A stretch of 64,000 bases of DNA from Chrysomallon squamiferum (GCA_012295275.1 CM022671.1:6324001-6388000), one strand, 5' to 3'. Positions 40,962 through 55,529 are shown, numbered from the stretch's first letter. Numbers and translations are program-made. Notes: generated from the sequence alone by a model not told the origin.

Positions 40962-41837
40962 ACAACCTTTGTTTCACATCCTTTCCTTGTGAATGTTTAT
41001 TTATTTTGTATTTTGTCCCCTTTATAAAAGTTTACACTACTTAGAATGAAGTAGAATATACAGTACACATTTTTTACATTGAAAGAAACTTACAGATGTG
41101 GGCATTGCATTGAAAAAAAGAGTTAATTTTGTAACAGAGAATTTATATACAGTGTAATTGTTTTTCTTTATAAAAACTTACAGAGACAGAAGTATAATTG
41201 AGGAAATGAATTCCTAAATAGTATTAGTAGGATAAATATAAAAATGTATGTTATAAACTTTCTATTTCTTTTCACTTTTGGTGTAAAACACAGAGATAAT
41301 GTAATGTTTCAGAAAATCGAATTGCCAGTATCATACATGTTATGTACCCTTTTTTATTTTTACTTTATAAACATTTACATGAGCATATGACGATGTTTGA
41401 GAAAACAGATTTAGTGAAAGTTTACTGTGAATTACAAATGTTTGTTTCTATTGTATGGAAAGGTGCTTTAAGAATACAGTTTGTATTGAAATTATGTCTA
41501 TACATGTATGAGAGTAACTAGCTTTAAAAAGTCAGCTTGATTACATGAATAATAAAAAAAAAAGTGCTAAATTGTATGTGAAAGGTCATTAAGCAGATTT
41601 AATGTTTATATGAATGTTAACAGATCATTTGTTTTTTTTGTTATTTTGTCTCAGTTTACTCCTAGTTCTGTTATTCAACAATAGCAATTCACAACCAGTT
41701 ACTGATTAAATAATATGTACAGGTTTATAATCACTAATTAGGTATCATTTGATTCCATTAGATTGATGAATCTGTCACAGACTAGTTATTGTATTACTAT
41801 TTAAATAGTCTTGTAATCTTTCACAATTCACCAACAG

Positions 41838-42146
41838 CCGTGCTTCCCAACTATTTTGCTACCAGTGACTCTGTTTATTTAAATGTATGTTGGACTCCAG
41901 ATGTTTGAAATGGCTGTCTACTCAACAAGATGATTTTATTAACTAATGTAAAAACTAATTTTCCCAGTTTCACATCTTTGTTTAAAGACTCATGTAACTG
42001 AATAAGCAAATAAATTTATACTCAGTGTAATTATGAGTAAAATGCATTTTACGTGTAACCTGTAGACATTTTTTTACTTGGCTCTAGGACCCCAGTTTTG
42101 CCTCTGTCACCCCTGGGGATCCAGTGACCACAAGCTGAGAACCTTG
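41838..42146. mobile_element. Possible degenerate hAT/Charlie-type MITE
   Basis: Ends ccgtgcttcccaac / gctgagaaccttg resemble CAGTGGTTCCCAAC...GTTGGGAACCACTG termini; no clear TSD. Confidence 0.3.
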
Positions 42147-42242
42147 TCTGATAGTAGTATTATCAGTAAATGACAACAAAAATATTGAAATTATCATTTC
42201 TAAATCTGGCTTAATTGCTGATGGGACTCGTTAAGTAAATCT

Positions 42243-42500
42243 CAGAATAGTGATAGTATTGGTGTAGTGATTGTTAGAGTAGTGACAGATGAATTACTGA
42301 TAATCAGAATGAGGATAGAATTGGGTTAGTGATAGTTTGAATACTAATCAATGTGGACCAGTGACTGACAGAAAATTGATAGCGATGTTTTAGTTAATGT
42401 CAGAATAGTGACAAGTGGATTAGTTATTGCTTGAGTAATGATAGAAATGGATTACTAATAGTGACTTGCATTAGTAATTATTAAAATAGTGACAACTGGT
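42243..42500. repeat. Old degenerate ~32-bp minisatellite
   Basis: Recurrent agaatagtga(t/c)a...ggattagtgat units. Confidence 0.55.
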
Positions 42501-44912
42501 TTCTGATTACATGATTAATGATGGGTTCATTTAAGTATGAGAAAATTTTGCCTTTGAAAAAGTTCAGTATAAAATGTAAATTTTAAAATTATTATCATGC
42601 ATAAATTTATTGACAGTGTTAAGTATTTAAAATAAAAAAAATAGTTAATACATGATATCAAAACTAATACACTTCTTTAATAAAATATTTCAGTGTTAGA
42701 ACATTTTAGTTTTAGAATTCAGTTTACATATATTTGAGAAAAACTTAATTTCTTTTATATGTTGATTTTAATTAGTGGAAAATTCATGATACATGATAGG
42801 CAAAAAAACACACAAACACCCTACCCCAAAAATGTTAAGTATAATTTTTTCTTTCATCTCTCTTAAATTACATGACAAAAAAAAAAAAAAATTGATATTT
42901 AATCCCAAACATTATTAATTATAAATATACACAGTTATGACAATAATTTATTTTGAATCATTTGAAAGATATCTTTGGGTGTTTTACGTTTTTTTTTTTT
43001 TTTTTTTGCAGACTTTTTATAATCAGTCAGATTTTGGAAATATCTGATTCATGTCCATTCTTAACATTCTGAAACAAAGAAGAAAATTACATCTCTGTTA
43101 TAAGAGATTATTATTAATATTATTTTATTGTATTCTTTTATATAATATAAAACTGAACCTAGCATGTGGAATTATGAAAATGACAGTTGATGGTAAGGAC
43201 TGTACTCTTGAGTCCTGCAGTCACAAAACATTCTTTATCTGGTAACTTACACTGTGTGAAATAATGTTATTTTAATTTTTTTTTTTTCTTATTTTTATTT
43301 TTTTATTTTTATATACTTACAAAGTTGGCTCATTACTTATGTTTATTCAGAGTTAAGTTGTTCAAAATTTCTGTTGGCAATTTTGTTTGTTTGTTTTTTC
43401 AGTTGTAATGAGAATTATCCATTGCTAAGTGTGCTGTTGTGTTTTGTTATTTAAAATTTAATGTTTTAGTTTTTGGGGTATATATTTGTTCAAATGGATA
43501 CACATATATGTAGGTAAACAAACATAATTATATGCAGATGAGTATAAAAATACAAATATTTTTTATTCATTTACTAATGTATTACTAATCTATGGTTCTA
43601 ATATTTTAATTTTTTGATTTTTAATTTAATTTTAATCATCGTTTATCATTAGGCAGTTTAATTTGTATTCAGATAATTATATTTAAAAATGTTTGTTTAC
43701 ATCAATACAAAACTGTAGAAGTTGTTCAAATCATTGTCATGGTAACAAATGTGATTGTTGTAAAGTTCAGATGCAGATACACTATATGGTAAAGTGGATT
43801 CAGTCACTGACAATATTAGAATGGTTGACTTTTTATTAAAAATTTAAATATTAGATGAATTTCATTCAAAAAAAGAGAAGAAAAAAATGGTTAATTAGTA
43901 AACACCTCAGTCTGCATATGTTCTTTTAGTTAGTTGGTATTTACTTACTGACCACTGTCCAGAAGTCTGGACATCAAGAGTTCTGAATCTCAATGCTTTG
44001 CCAGTAGAATATATCTTAGTATGTACACATTTACATACATACATAATACATACATACACTCAGACATACATACATACATATATATATAATACAACAATCA
44101 TACAAATGCACATACATTTATATATGTCATATTAACCCCAGAATATCATGTAAATAAACAGAGTTTTCAGATACTGATGTATGTAAATATTTTTACATGG
44201 TGCCAAGTGTTGTCTGTCTCCAATCATCACTGATTATAAAATACCAGTTAACATGTGTTTCATAAATGTTTATTGTTCAGTGAACTTCTCAGTCAGTTGT
44301 AGCTATTTTTATAGTTATTTAATAATACTAGTAGTATAATAATATTCATAGACATGTGTATTGTTTGATCTGATAAATATATGTAAGGTAAAGCTTCAGT
44401 TACAAACAATATTAAATTATCTCTCTTTCTCTCTTTCTCTCTCTGCTCAACATTTACTTAATTTTTACTTTCACAGATACACGAACATACAGTTATAAAT
44501 ACACACATTCACACACATACATATCTGTTATCTCATAGATTAATTCACACCCAGACACACACACGCACACACACACACACACACAAATGTGATAGTACCT
44601 TAGTAAGATGCTTTATAAGCAATATCCACAAGGATATAAAAATATTACAGTATATTAAAAATACGTATTATGTATATTTAAGTAGATTCCTGGTTGTTAA
44701 CATTTTAATTTTTATTTAATTTCAAAGCTACATATCAAACTGTGAAAGATTTATTTATTTATTTATTTATTTATTTGTTAGTTGTATCTTTTTTTATTTT
44801 GGAATATTTTATTGTTAACCATCAGTAAGTTTCATTTGTGTAACAACAAAGTGACAGATGTATTTGTTACAGTACTCCCTGTACATTTTCTTTTTTCTTT
44901 TTTTAAATTTGG

Positions 44913-44916
<4 letters not shown>

Positions 44917-44954
<38 letters not shown>

Positions 44955-44955
44955 G

Positions 44956-44987
<32 letters not shown>

Positions 44988-45017
44988 CATTATTACTATT
45001 ACTATTACTATTATTAC

Positions 45018-45053
<36 letters not shown>

Positions 45054-45062
45054 TACTATTAC

Positions 45063-45125
<63 letters not shown>

Positions 45126-45135
45126 CATCATTATT
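44917..45135. repeat. (ATT)n microsatellite, representative of many (AAT)n, (TG)n, (TA)n and (CT)n tracts
   Basis: Direct inspection; others include 2259-2327, 13895-14200, 16924-17000, 18410-18470, 30901-31178, 34839-34930, 36587-36672. Confidence 0.95.
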
Positions 45136-45521
45136 GTTTTAAATTATTATTATTCTTATTATTACTTATTAAGTTTAAATTTGTTTAATTCTGAGGTTAT
45201 TAATTAATCCAGGATTTTGTTACATACTCATCATCTTCTTCTTTATCATCAAAAACTGTCCACTCCTTTACCTTGCCTGTTCATCCTTAATCATGTTTAC
45301 TTTGATCATAATGTTGAGATTTCCAGTTTGAATTTATTTGGACCAAATCTGTGGATTTGTTGTTGTTTTTTTTTCAAAATTTCCTTCTGCATGAATTTCA
45401 CTGCCAGAGCTCCACTGTTTTGTTTAGTTTCTCTGTTTGGAGTGAAGTTACAAATCCAGTTTTAAAACACAGAATGTTTTGTTAGTTAATATTCATACTG
45501 ATACGTAAAACACTTGATTTA

Positions 45522-45726
45522 ATATATTTTTTAACTGTTTATGGGTAGTCAGTATATTAATGTTTTTATTAAACTTACCATCATTACTCTTTTTTATTAT
45601 ATATATATATATATAATAAAAAAAGTAAAATAATATTTTATATATATAATAAAAGAGTAATGATGGTAAGCTTAATAAAAAACATTAATATATTGACTAT
45701 CCATAAATGGTTAAAAAGAATATATA
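45522..45726. repeat. Imperfect foldback inverted repeat (~75-bp arms) around (TA)n
   Basis: tttatgggtagtcagtatattaatgtttttattaaacttaccatcattactctttt pairs with aaaagagtaatgatggtaagcttaataaaaaacattaatatattgactatccataaa. Confidence 0.85.
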
Positions 45727-45850
45727 TATATATATACACAGACACACACACACATACATACATACATACATACATACATACACACATTTGATAATATTCT
45801 TTGTTTGCTTTCTTGTTGTTTACTACTGTAGATGTAGGCTTACTTTGATG

Positions 45851-45903
<53 letters not shown>

Positions 45904-46718
45904 TATTTTTTTATTAATTATGTCAGCCACATTAAGTTGAAAAATTTTTGAACTAACACAGTTGTGACAGAATATTTATTATCATGTTTGATTTTTTTTA
46001 GTGAAATTTTGATGAATGAAGATTCGTGTTTTTGTGTTTTTATTTTTATCATTCTACTTTTTCTCATTTTCATGTTCATTGTCTCCTGACACCTCGGTGA
46101 TTATGTCTAAGGTCAAATTTATTTTGATTAATTTTAAATTATCAGAATAGGGCAGTTAGTAACAGCATTTGTTGTATATAATCACATAATTTGTTTTTAT
46201 TAATTTATTTCGATTTTTGTTGTGTTCATTTGTAACGTGAAGTCAGATTTGACTTTATAATTAACATTTTTAAATTTTCCTTAATTATTATTATTATTAT
46301 AATTTTTTTATTATTTTTTTTTATTTTGAGCTTATGTAGGTTTCATAAATTATATTTCATATGCAAAAATGTTTCAGGTTTAATTTGACACCAAAGTGCT
46401 ATTTTGAAACTTCAGTTTGCTAGTTTGAATATTCCCCCCCCCACTCCAATGTGCTGTTACCACAGATGTGAGCCAGTGTTTATGTAAATACATTGTATGT
46501 ATTATTGTTTGTAGGTTTTACACAATCCTGTTTATTGTGTGTTTACAGTGTTAAAATATTGTTACCTTTTTCAAAACTGCTGCTTTTCTCTTTCCTTTTA
46601 TTTATTTATTTATTTTGTTTCATACTTAGTTGTTTCATTATAATATAAATTCAGCTTTTGTTCTTGTTACTTTTACATAACTTAATATTGCTGTTGCTAT
46701 TATTATTATTAATATTAA

Positions 46719-46769
<51 letters not shown>

Positions 46770-47513
46770 TTATTATGATTTATTATGACTTTTATTTCCC
46801 ATTTTCCTGTATTGTGCTTACTTTATTTTCATTGTTTTGTTGTTTTTGCCAGTGGTGTTTCTTTTAATAGAAATAATTGTTATTGGAGTGTTTATTTTTT
46901 ACAGTGTTCAGTTTTTGCATTGTATGTGTTGAAATAAAACTATACAAAACACAGTTGTTTGATAATCTTTTTTTTCTTTCTTTTTTTAGAGAAAAGAAAT
47001 GAAGAAAATTAATATTAAACAAAAAATAAAAAATAAACAGTGTTCCTCTGGAACTGAAATTTTAAATATTAAATATGTTTTTACATAATAATGTACTTCA
47101 TGGAGTTTGTTAATAACTGAAAAAATTAAACAATAACCTTCAACACATTACCATGATCACAGAACTAAGAAAAACACATATACATTATTTTTATTACTGG
47201 TATCTAGAATTCTTTTGTGCTTCATGGCAAATATTATACTTGATAGTTATTTTCCAATCAGTGTAAACTTGATGAACCATCCAAGTTACTGTTTTATTTT
47301 ATTGTTGGCTAATGCTTCCTGGATTGTGAAATTATATAAATAATTCTCATATCTTTACATTCTGAATTCTAATTAGTGAAAAATAAAAAAATTATAATGT
47401 TTTACAGAATATGGTATAAATATAATATATATAAATTTATTATATATTTATTGATATGGAAATTTGTCCTGCTTTACAAAAGAAACAAACAAAAAAAAAA
47501 AAATATATATATA

Positions 47514-47573
<60 letters not shown>

Positions 47574-47706
47574 AAATTATTTATATGTCTGAAGTTGTTA
47601 GCTGTAATACAGATGTCCAAGGTTTTAATCCTTTACACACACACACACAAAAACACTAAACCAGTATTTTTGGGTTTAATTATTTCTCATTAACTTTTAA
47701 ATTCTG

Positions 47707-47746
<40 letters not shown>

Positions 47747-48362
47747 TTTTTTTAATGACAGAAAATCACCAGGTCAGATGTATCTGATAATTATGGATTA
47801 ATTTAAGAATTTACTGTTTTTCTTTGAACTGTTCATCTTACACACATCATTAGAAACTTCAAGGGATCCCAACTTCAGTTCTCTGCATTGACAACTTTGG
47901 GTTTTTTTCGTATTCCACCAAATATCTAAGATTTCATAATTTATTTTTACCTGTGTGTGAAAGTATTATGTGCTTTACTTTATTTTAATTTATAGAGGTA
48001 ATTGGTAACTTTGGTGTTAAAAAAAAAGAAGAAAAAAGTTGATACGAAATAAAATCATACTGAATTATTCTTTACACATATTATAATTTTAATTGTTATC
48101 ACTGTTGTTTTCTACATTTTGGTGCATTAATATATTCTACAACAAGTTTATTATGCTTATTTTTTATTTTATATTATTATTATTATTATTTATTATTATT
48201 ATTATTATTATTATTTATGTTAATCACTAAAACAATGTAATATAATGTCACTTTCTATGAGTTCATTAAATGGCCTAGAGTTCGTTTTGGATTTGTTACC
48301 AGAATAAATGACATAGTTATGACAATGTACTTCCGTTTCCGCACTGTCTCCTTCAGAAAACA

Positions 48363-51300
48363 ATGTTTGCACGTCTTTCGCGAAGGCTGTACCCAGCCTT
48401 GTTGGACACGCATTCTTTTTCATGCAACGTATGTTTTAACCATGCTGGGAAGAATATAGGTAACTGATGATAATTTTGTCATTTATTTAATAAAGAAATT
48501 ATCTCCGTACCCTCCATTTGATCCTAAACGGTAAACCTTAGCTTATGTTAAGGCTATGAATATAATTCTGTCATGTCTATAACTTAGTAAGATATGATCT
48601 ACCGTGGCTGTCAGTATCAGTATGATTATCACGATTCAGTTTATATAATTAGATTTTAAGATCATACTGCACTCGTTGTAACATTGCAAGATAACTGTTA
48701 TTATTATCACTTGTTATAAATACCATTTATTTACTAAAATGCAGAGAATATTACTTAATCACGAGAAAAGGTCATCATGATAAGTTATGTTCGCACAGCA
48801 AAAACTGAAAAAGACTAATCATTGCAATTTACATTGCAACAAAAAGTCTAATGATCACATCGAAACTTAAAGGGTTATACCGGGTCATTCCGTGTCAAAT
48901 CACCCAATGGTTTAAACCCGACCTTCTCAGATTTTTATGAAACTTGGTATACTTGTTGACTGGGATCCCACAGCACCAAATCTGAAATTTTAGCTCAATC
49001 AGACTACTGGTGTGGGAGATACGGCCCACCGAATTTTGAGATTTTTGCCAAAAATGGGTGTGACCACCAACCTTAGAACCCTCATATCTCAGGAACTACT
49101 GGGCCAATCTTCATAAAATTGGTATTGTTAGAAAGGCAAAATGACAAGGATTCCAAATCTGCCATTTTTGTTTAGTTTGGAAAATATTGGAGTACCTTGA
49201 CCTTTTGACCTTTGCTATGACCTTGAAATTGACTGTGTGGATCACGTGATCTCGAGATAACCTTTATTGAAATGTAATCTCCCACATGTTAACTAAAACA
49301 TATAAAAGTTTCCTGGGTGTAATATTTTTTGTTTAGCCACAATATAGATTTAAAAAATGCACATACATGAAAATAACACCTTTTCAGCCATTAACATCTG
49401 ATTAACTAAAACCTGAATGATCAATTCTGGATGCTAGGAATCACCATCTCTCTTGATCATCGAGTAAGACATTGTAGGCCTACATGTATGCATAAAGTTC
49501 ACATATAAAAGTTTCCTGGGTATATTTTTTGTTTAGCCATAATAGAGATTTAAAAAAATGCATACCTGCATGGATGATTGATACAATGCATTACAATGTA
49601 CATTTTCTCTGAGACTAAAAACTCATTTTTGGAGTTAAAACCCACCTGACATGTCTGAAGGATATGAAAAGATGCCAAATGGCATGACAAGTTCTACACA
49701 ATCAGGCTCAAAGGGTTAACAGGAAGTGATGCTTCAGGCAGGTCAGGAACACCTTTAGATTCCCTGGTGCAATCCCCATTGAGCACATGGCAATTAGAAG
49801 TTTAAGACAAAGAAGTTTCTTCATCTGCGTTTCTTTGACAATCTGAAGCTTTTTAAGTTGGACACAATGTCAGATGTTGATATATAAACAATATTTTTAT
49901 TTCATAAAACCTATTAAGTAATTTTATCATGTCATGTGGGCCTTGCCATTGGTTTTGAACAAGGTTTCAGTCAACAACAGTACAACCCAGTCTGAAATCA
50001 GACATGTACTGCATAATGTATTTGTACACCCAGTCTTCAGCACAGAGTATGAACAAGATCTACTTCACCTTAATAAACTGTGATTTATACTTGAGAAGAT
50101 TGACATAAATGCCCAAGACTTGTGGGCCTTTGGCAATAACACATGTACTCTGCTGCCATTTTATGACCTGCTTAACTTTACTGAAAGGGTTTCTGGATTT
50201 GATTTAATATTTAGGAAAGCACTGACTTTGTTCTATTGAATTGAAGGTGCAGGCCAATACTAAAAATCCTTATTTCTTCCAGGGCTAACTGCAGCTTTAA
50301 CTCTCCTGAAAATGTGTGTTATCAACACCATCATATCAAAAAGGAGTTGTTGCAAAGTGTATGAAAAACTGAGGAAGTCGAACTCCTCACTCTTTGAAGT
50401 GGGATCAAAACACGGGACATCAAGAGTATCATGAACAAGAACTTTTCATCAAATTAGGCGAAACTCCTGTCAAACTCCATTCACTAGCACGTTCCAGTAA
50501 ATGAATGAAAGGACAGAAAAAAACTAGCATCAGCTACAGTAACATTAAAATGACATCTTAATGTCTGAATCCTACCCAGAGCGTGTGCAAATCTTGATTT
50601 TGTCACCCTTTACCATTGAAAGGACAATGAATTGAAGGAGGAAATAATCCAATTTTATGAAAGTGATGAGAACAGTAGCATGTGTCTGGGAATGAAGGAT
50701 ACAGTGAGCATTTGAAACAAACATAGTGAGAAGGTTAAGCATCAGAAACACCTAGTTCTCTCAAATTTATGTGAACTTTATGCATACATGTAGGCCTACA
50801 ATGTCTTACTCGATCAAGAAAGATGGTGATCCCTAGCATCCAGAATTGATCATTCAGGTTTTAGTTAATCAGATGTTAATGGCTGAAAACGTGTTATTTT
50901 CATATATGTGCATTTTTTAAATCTATATTGTGGCTAAACAAAAAATATTACACCCAGGAAACTTTTATATGTTTTAGTTAACATGTGGGAGATTAAATTT
51001 TAATAAAGGTCATCTCAAGATCACGTGATCCACACAGTCAATTTCAAGGTCATAGCAAAGGTCAAAAGGTCAAGGTACTCCAATATTTTCCAAACTAAAC
51101 AAAAATGGCAGATTTGGAATCCTTGTCATTTTGCCTTTCTAACAATACCAATTTTATGAAGATTGGCCCAGTAGTTCCTGAGATATAAGGGTTCTAAGGT
51201 TGGTGGTCACACCCATTTTTGGCAAAAATCTCAAAATTCGGTGGGCCATATCTCCCACGCCACTGGTCTGATTGGGCTAACATTTCAGATTTGGTGCTGT

Positions 51301-53535
51301 GGGATCCCAGTCAACAAGTATACCAAGTTTTATAAAAATCTGAGACGGTCGGGTTTAAATTTCTTTTTTTTTGGGGTGATTTGACACGGAATGACCCTAC
51401 CATTACTGTAATGATATTTTGTTTTAACTTTCCATGTGGTCATATGCTGAAGCTCTTTACGTCTGTCTGGTAACATGTGCTACTTAATTTCCTATTTTTA
51501 TTAGCTTCTCTGTGGACTTCACAGCAGATTCTGCAGAAAGACAAAGGCAGCCCAAACAGTGACTTCAGAGTTAGTCCTGTCTTCATAAACAACAACCCAA
51601 GGTTATTGAATATCACATCAAAGAGTAATTTACACATAATTGTCAAATACAAGATGTAGCTACTGTGTAAAATCTTTTTCTGAATTTATTTGTCTGTATA
51701 TGTGTATATAATTTATCAATTTTATATTTCTTAAACTTCCAATTTCAGAATTGAAAAGGCCATACATCAATGATAAAGTAGATGCCATGTTAAAATATTT
51801 TGTCCATTTGTAAATATTTTTTTAATTTTTTTTTATTCTTTGTAATTAAAATTTTTTTTATTGTTTTGAATTTTGTGCATAAGCATCATAATTAAATGTG
51901 AAAAATAAATGAATCATAAAAATATTTTATTTCCTTTTTTAACTTGTTTGCATTATTATTTTATATATATATATATATTTTGTTTTTTTTTTTTTTTTTT
52001 TTTTTTAATGAAATCTGGAATTTCTTGGATTAGCAAGAAAACGTCAAGGATGGCCTCTTCAGAGTCCAAGAAAAGATTACTACAACAAGTAAAAACATTT
52101 TTCTTGTTTATTTTTAAATGAGTGTGACAAGTCTGAGTGGCAGAGTGTAGTCTAAGACCAAACTGAATAATTTCCATTCCAACCAGATTCTCACACACAG
52201 GCTGTTTTAACTGTTTCATTTGGTACAAATTTTCCTGATGTGAAGGTGCATGTAAATTGTGACTTCAGGTTAAACTTCATGAATCATAATTTTATCAAAT
52301 TTATAAGCTTGATTTATTTATTTAAAAGTTATTTCTTCACTTAGAAAATAATAAGATCTGACACTGTTCACGGCAAAAGAGAGTGTTTTTTTTTTTAAAT
52401 AACAGAAATATAAATCACAGTGTGTAGGCTGTATTTACACTAAAACAAAGACAAAAATGTTCTTGTTTTATTTTTAAGATAATTAAACTGATGGTGGAGT
52501 GGATTGTTTAAAATTTCAGGGTGGTGTTTAAGACGAGTCACAGAAACACATCAGCTTGGGTGGAACACTGGACGGGAAAAGTTGTTGTTTCAGCATCTAC
52601 CAAGGAGTGGGCAATCAAAGAACACCTTTACAGGTCAGCACCTACCTCCCTTCATTTAAAAAAAAATCATTTATCTAAATTTATCTTTCTAGAATGATTT
52701 ATTATCATATACAGGTTTATTCTGAATCATGTCAGATGACGATTTGAAATATATCAGCTAAAAAATGTTCAACTGGTTTCAAACTATTTTTCTTATTGTA
52801 GTATTTTTGTGTGGGTGATGTTTGTAACTACTGATATTCCAGATTGGATAGTTTTAATTTATTTGTTTTCCAGTACTCGGGATGTCTGCGCAGCAGAAAA
52901 CATTGGTCAGGTGTTGGCACGCCGATGCCAGGAATGTGGACTGACAAACGTCTTCCACGATGAAGCTGAGGATACAGATGACTCAGAAAAGGTTCAGTGT
53001 TGTTGTCGCTTTTCACAGTTATTATTTTTTATCTGTTATTCATACAATGCAAACCTTCAGGTTTTCAAGTATGCGCATTAATGTTTTTAACAGAGAGACT
53101 GCGATGCAAATAGACATGTGTAAGTATTGTAAATATGTGGAGTGTTTGTAACTATAATAAATATGTCTTGTTATTGCATATGTAGAATATGAACCAAGTT
53201 CAGTTAATACAGACTGTTAGCTTGTGGAAAACAAGAGTTCACAATGCACAGGTAATCAGTGTGTTGTGTTATAATATATCCATTGATAGAAATTTGTTCA
53301 GTACATTTTAGTGATGTTTGATATGAAATGGCCAATGGAAAAAAAAAATGTAAACTGACTTGTACAATTTTTATAACATTCACAGCTTAAGGAGTTCCTG
53401 GATGCATTTCAAGAGGGGGTAACTCTGGAAGAACCTGCTCAGATTGTACCAGAATACCAGCCTGGGATTGACTACGACAGAAAAAATCGTTACGCAGAAA
53501 GGAAACGATGGAAGGAGGATTATCAACCTGAATAG
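48363..53535 (+). CDS. MRPL18: Mitochondrial ribosomal protein L18 (uL18m), 217 aa, 6 exons
   Basis: Exons 48363-48459, 51505-51601, 52011-52088, 52520-52633, 52874-52991, 53386-53535. Arg-rich transit-like N-terminus MFARLSRRL; family motifs [55 protein letters not shown]. Exon 3 acceptor reads TG, not AG. Confidence 0.9.
48882..51397 (+). mobile_element. Non-autonomous Sola2-like DNA transposon (2.5 kb, ~625-bp inverted arms, 4-bp TSD TACC) in MRPL18 intron 1
   Basis: Termini GGGTCATTCCGTGTCAAATCACCC / GGGTGATTTGACACGGAATGACCC; TACC at 48878-48881 and 51398-51401; arms 48882-~49505 and ~50768-51397; decayed transposase fragment [33 protein letters not shown] near 50654-50784. GRG termini + 4-bp TSD + long TIRs fit Sola2. 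Confidence 0.85.
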
Positions 53536-54771
53536 CAGAAATTTAGATTTAATTTTAGTGTGAATATCAAACATGATTAATTTAATGAATAACAAACATG
53601 ATTAATTTACTGTAATCAAGTAAATTTCTGTCAGCTTTATTCATGAAACAAACACTTGTGTGATTAACAGAGTAAAATTTGAGAAAAAACTTATATTTGT
53701 TTGTTTTTTATTTTATAAAACAACTAAACTCAACAACTTGCAGCTTGGGTCCTCAATCTGCAGAAATAAAATCTTGTCCCTAGTTATCTCCCCTGTTGAA
53801 AAGAGTTCATTGCTGGTTTTATTGGCTGTCATCTTGTGGTGTTTACAGATTGTTGGTGATGTGCCACTTAACACAACAAGCAGAACTGAGTGATAATGTA
53901 AAAAACAATTGTGTGTGTGTGAAAAAAGAAGGAAATAAAATCCCATTAGCACCACAAGTTTAGCTAACTGTTACTTCCTGGATTAATATTCAGTGATGCT
54001 AAAAGATAAACACTTCATGTCTGCATTATGCCTGAACTACATCTGTCCAGGACATAACAGATAATTTAACACAACATTAATTAAGCAGTGCATGAATCGT
54101 GTGTGAAATCCTGGTAAAGTTTAAAATAAATAGTCCCTTAGCTGCATTTTAGACCATTTATTGTTGTAAGACTGCAGTGAAAACAACAATGTAAGTACAA
54201 CTCTTTTAATATATCAAATCTATTATTATAGTCCGTTTTATTTATTTATTTATTTATTTATTCTGAAATAAAGAACATCTATGAAATTTATCTTAAATAG
54301 TTTTATTAATTGTCATTGCTTTCATCAGTCATTCTATCTCTAAGTAATTCCAAAGTTTTTTTATTATTATTATTATTATTATTAATGATTACTATGTTAT
54401 TCTTGAAATATACAGATATTCTTTACTTTGAATAATAATAATAATAAAAAAAAATAGATTAACGAAAATCCCCAAATTGGCTTACTTGTTAAATAAAAAA
54501 AAAAAAAAAAAAAAAAAACATCAAAGGAAAAGCAAAACAACAAGAACAAAAAATCGGTTATGGTGAAGACGTTGTTCCTCACGAGTTGGCTCCCTTTACG
54601 AGGCGTACTCTTTATTTCATTACAGTCACCAACTTACAACCACGTTTAATTCCGCCTTAAGCCGGATATTCGTTATTTCTCAACCTCAAGTGATTCGCGC
54701 TGGATTTTTTTTCTTCTTCTTTTTTTTTTTTTTTTTTTTTTTTAGTACGCCCTTATTAGCTTAAATCAAAG

Positions 54772-55494
54772 ATGAGAATTGTCCTGCTTCTAGCAGTTGT
54801 CATCGCTGTTGCTGTCACAAACGGTGAAGCTTGGAGATTACGTCGTGTGTGGCGCAGAGTGAAACCTGCCGTTATTAGTACAGCTATCAAACTCGCCATT
54901 GTAGCTATTGGAAAAAGAAGTAATAAAATAAATTTAAGTAGTGAATACAAACAACAACAAATACTGCTATTATAATCAATTACAATTAGTATTAATACTA
55001 CTAATAACAACAACTACTACTACTGCTTTTACAACAATAATTACTACTACTGCAACTACCGTTGAAACAACAACTAGTATTACTACTACCCCTACAAAAG
55101 TAATAAATCGTTTTAATTTTGTAAAATCTTGTATAGCAAGTTCTGGATACGATTTGCAAATGACATCAATAAAATGCAAAATCGAAGACTATAGGGATCT
55201 ACATGCCGTGCATACTTAATTACATTTAAAAAATAAACAGTATCACAGTAGTTATTTTATTATTATTATTATTATTTTTTATTATTATTATTATTATTAT
55301 TTTTTTTTTTGGAGGTGTGGATGAAGTTGATGTTAACAATGACGGTGTGATAGGCAAAGACGAAATCGAGGCTATTCTAAGTAGTCGAGATGCAGACGAA
55401 CTTCTGGAGTTTGCTGATCGTGATGGTGAAGATTTTTATTTTTATTTTTTTATTTTTTTCAGTTTAATTTAGTTTAGTTTGTTTGTTTGTGTGC

Positions 55495-55529
<35 letters not shown>

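Noticed and set aside
44782-45207. Poly-Ile/poly-Leu ORFs here and at 115-297, 2119-2400, 16447-17058 (5' part), 46658-46867, 59843-60082
   Set aside because: Microsatellite translations
54772-54975. Single-exon 67-aa and 65-aa peptides as given by the ORF track (also 59530-59727)
   Set aside because: A conserved GTAATA donor after GKR and conserved in-phase EF-hand exons in both copies favour the three-exon model
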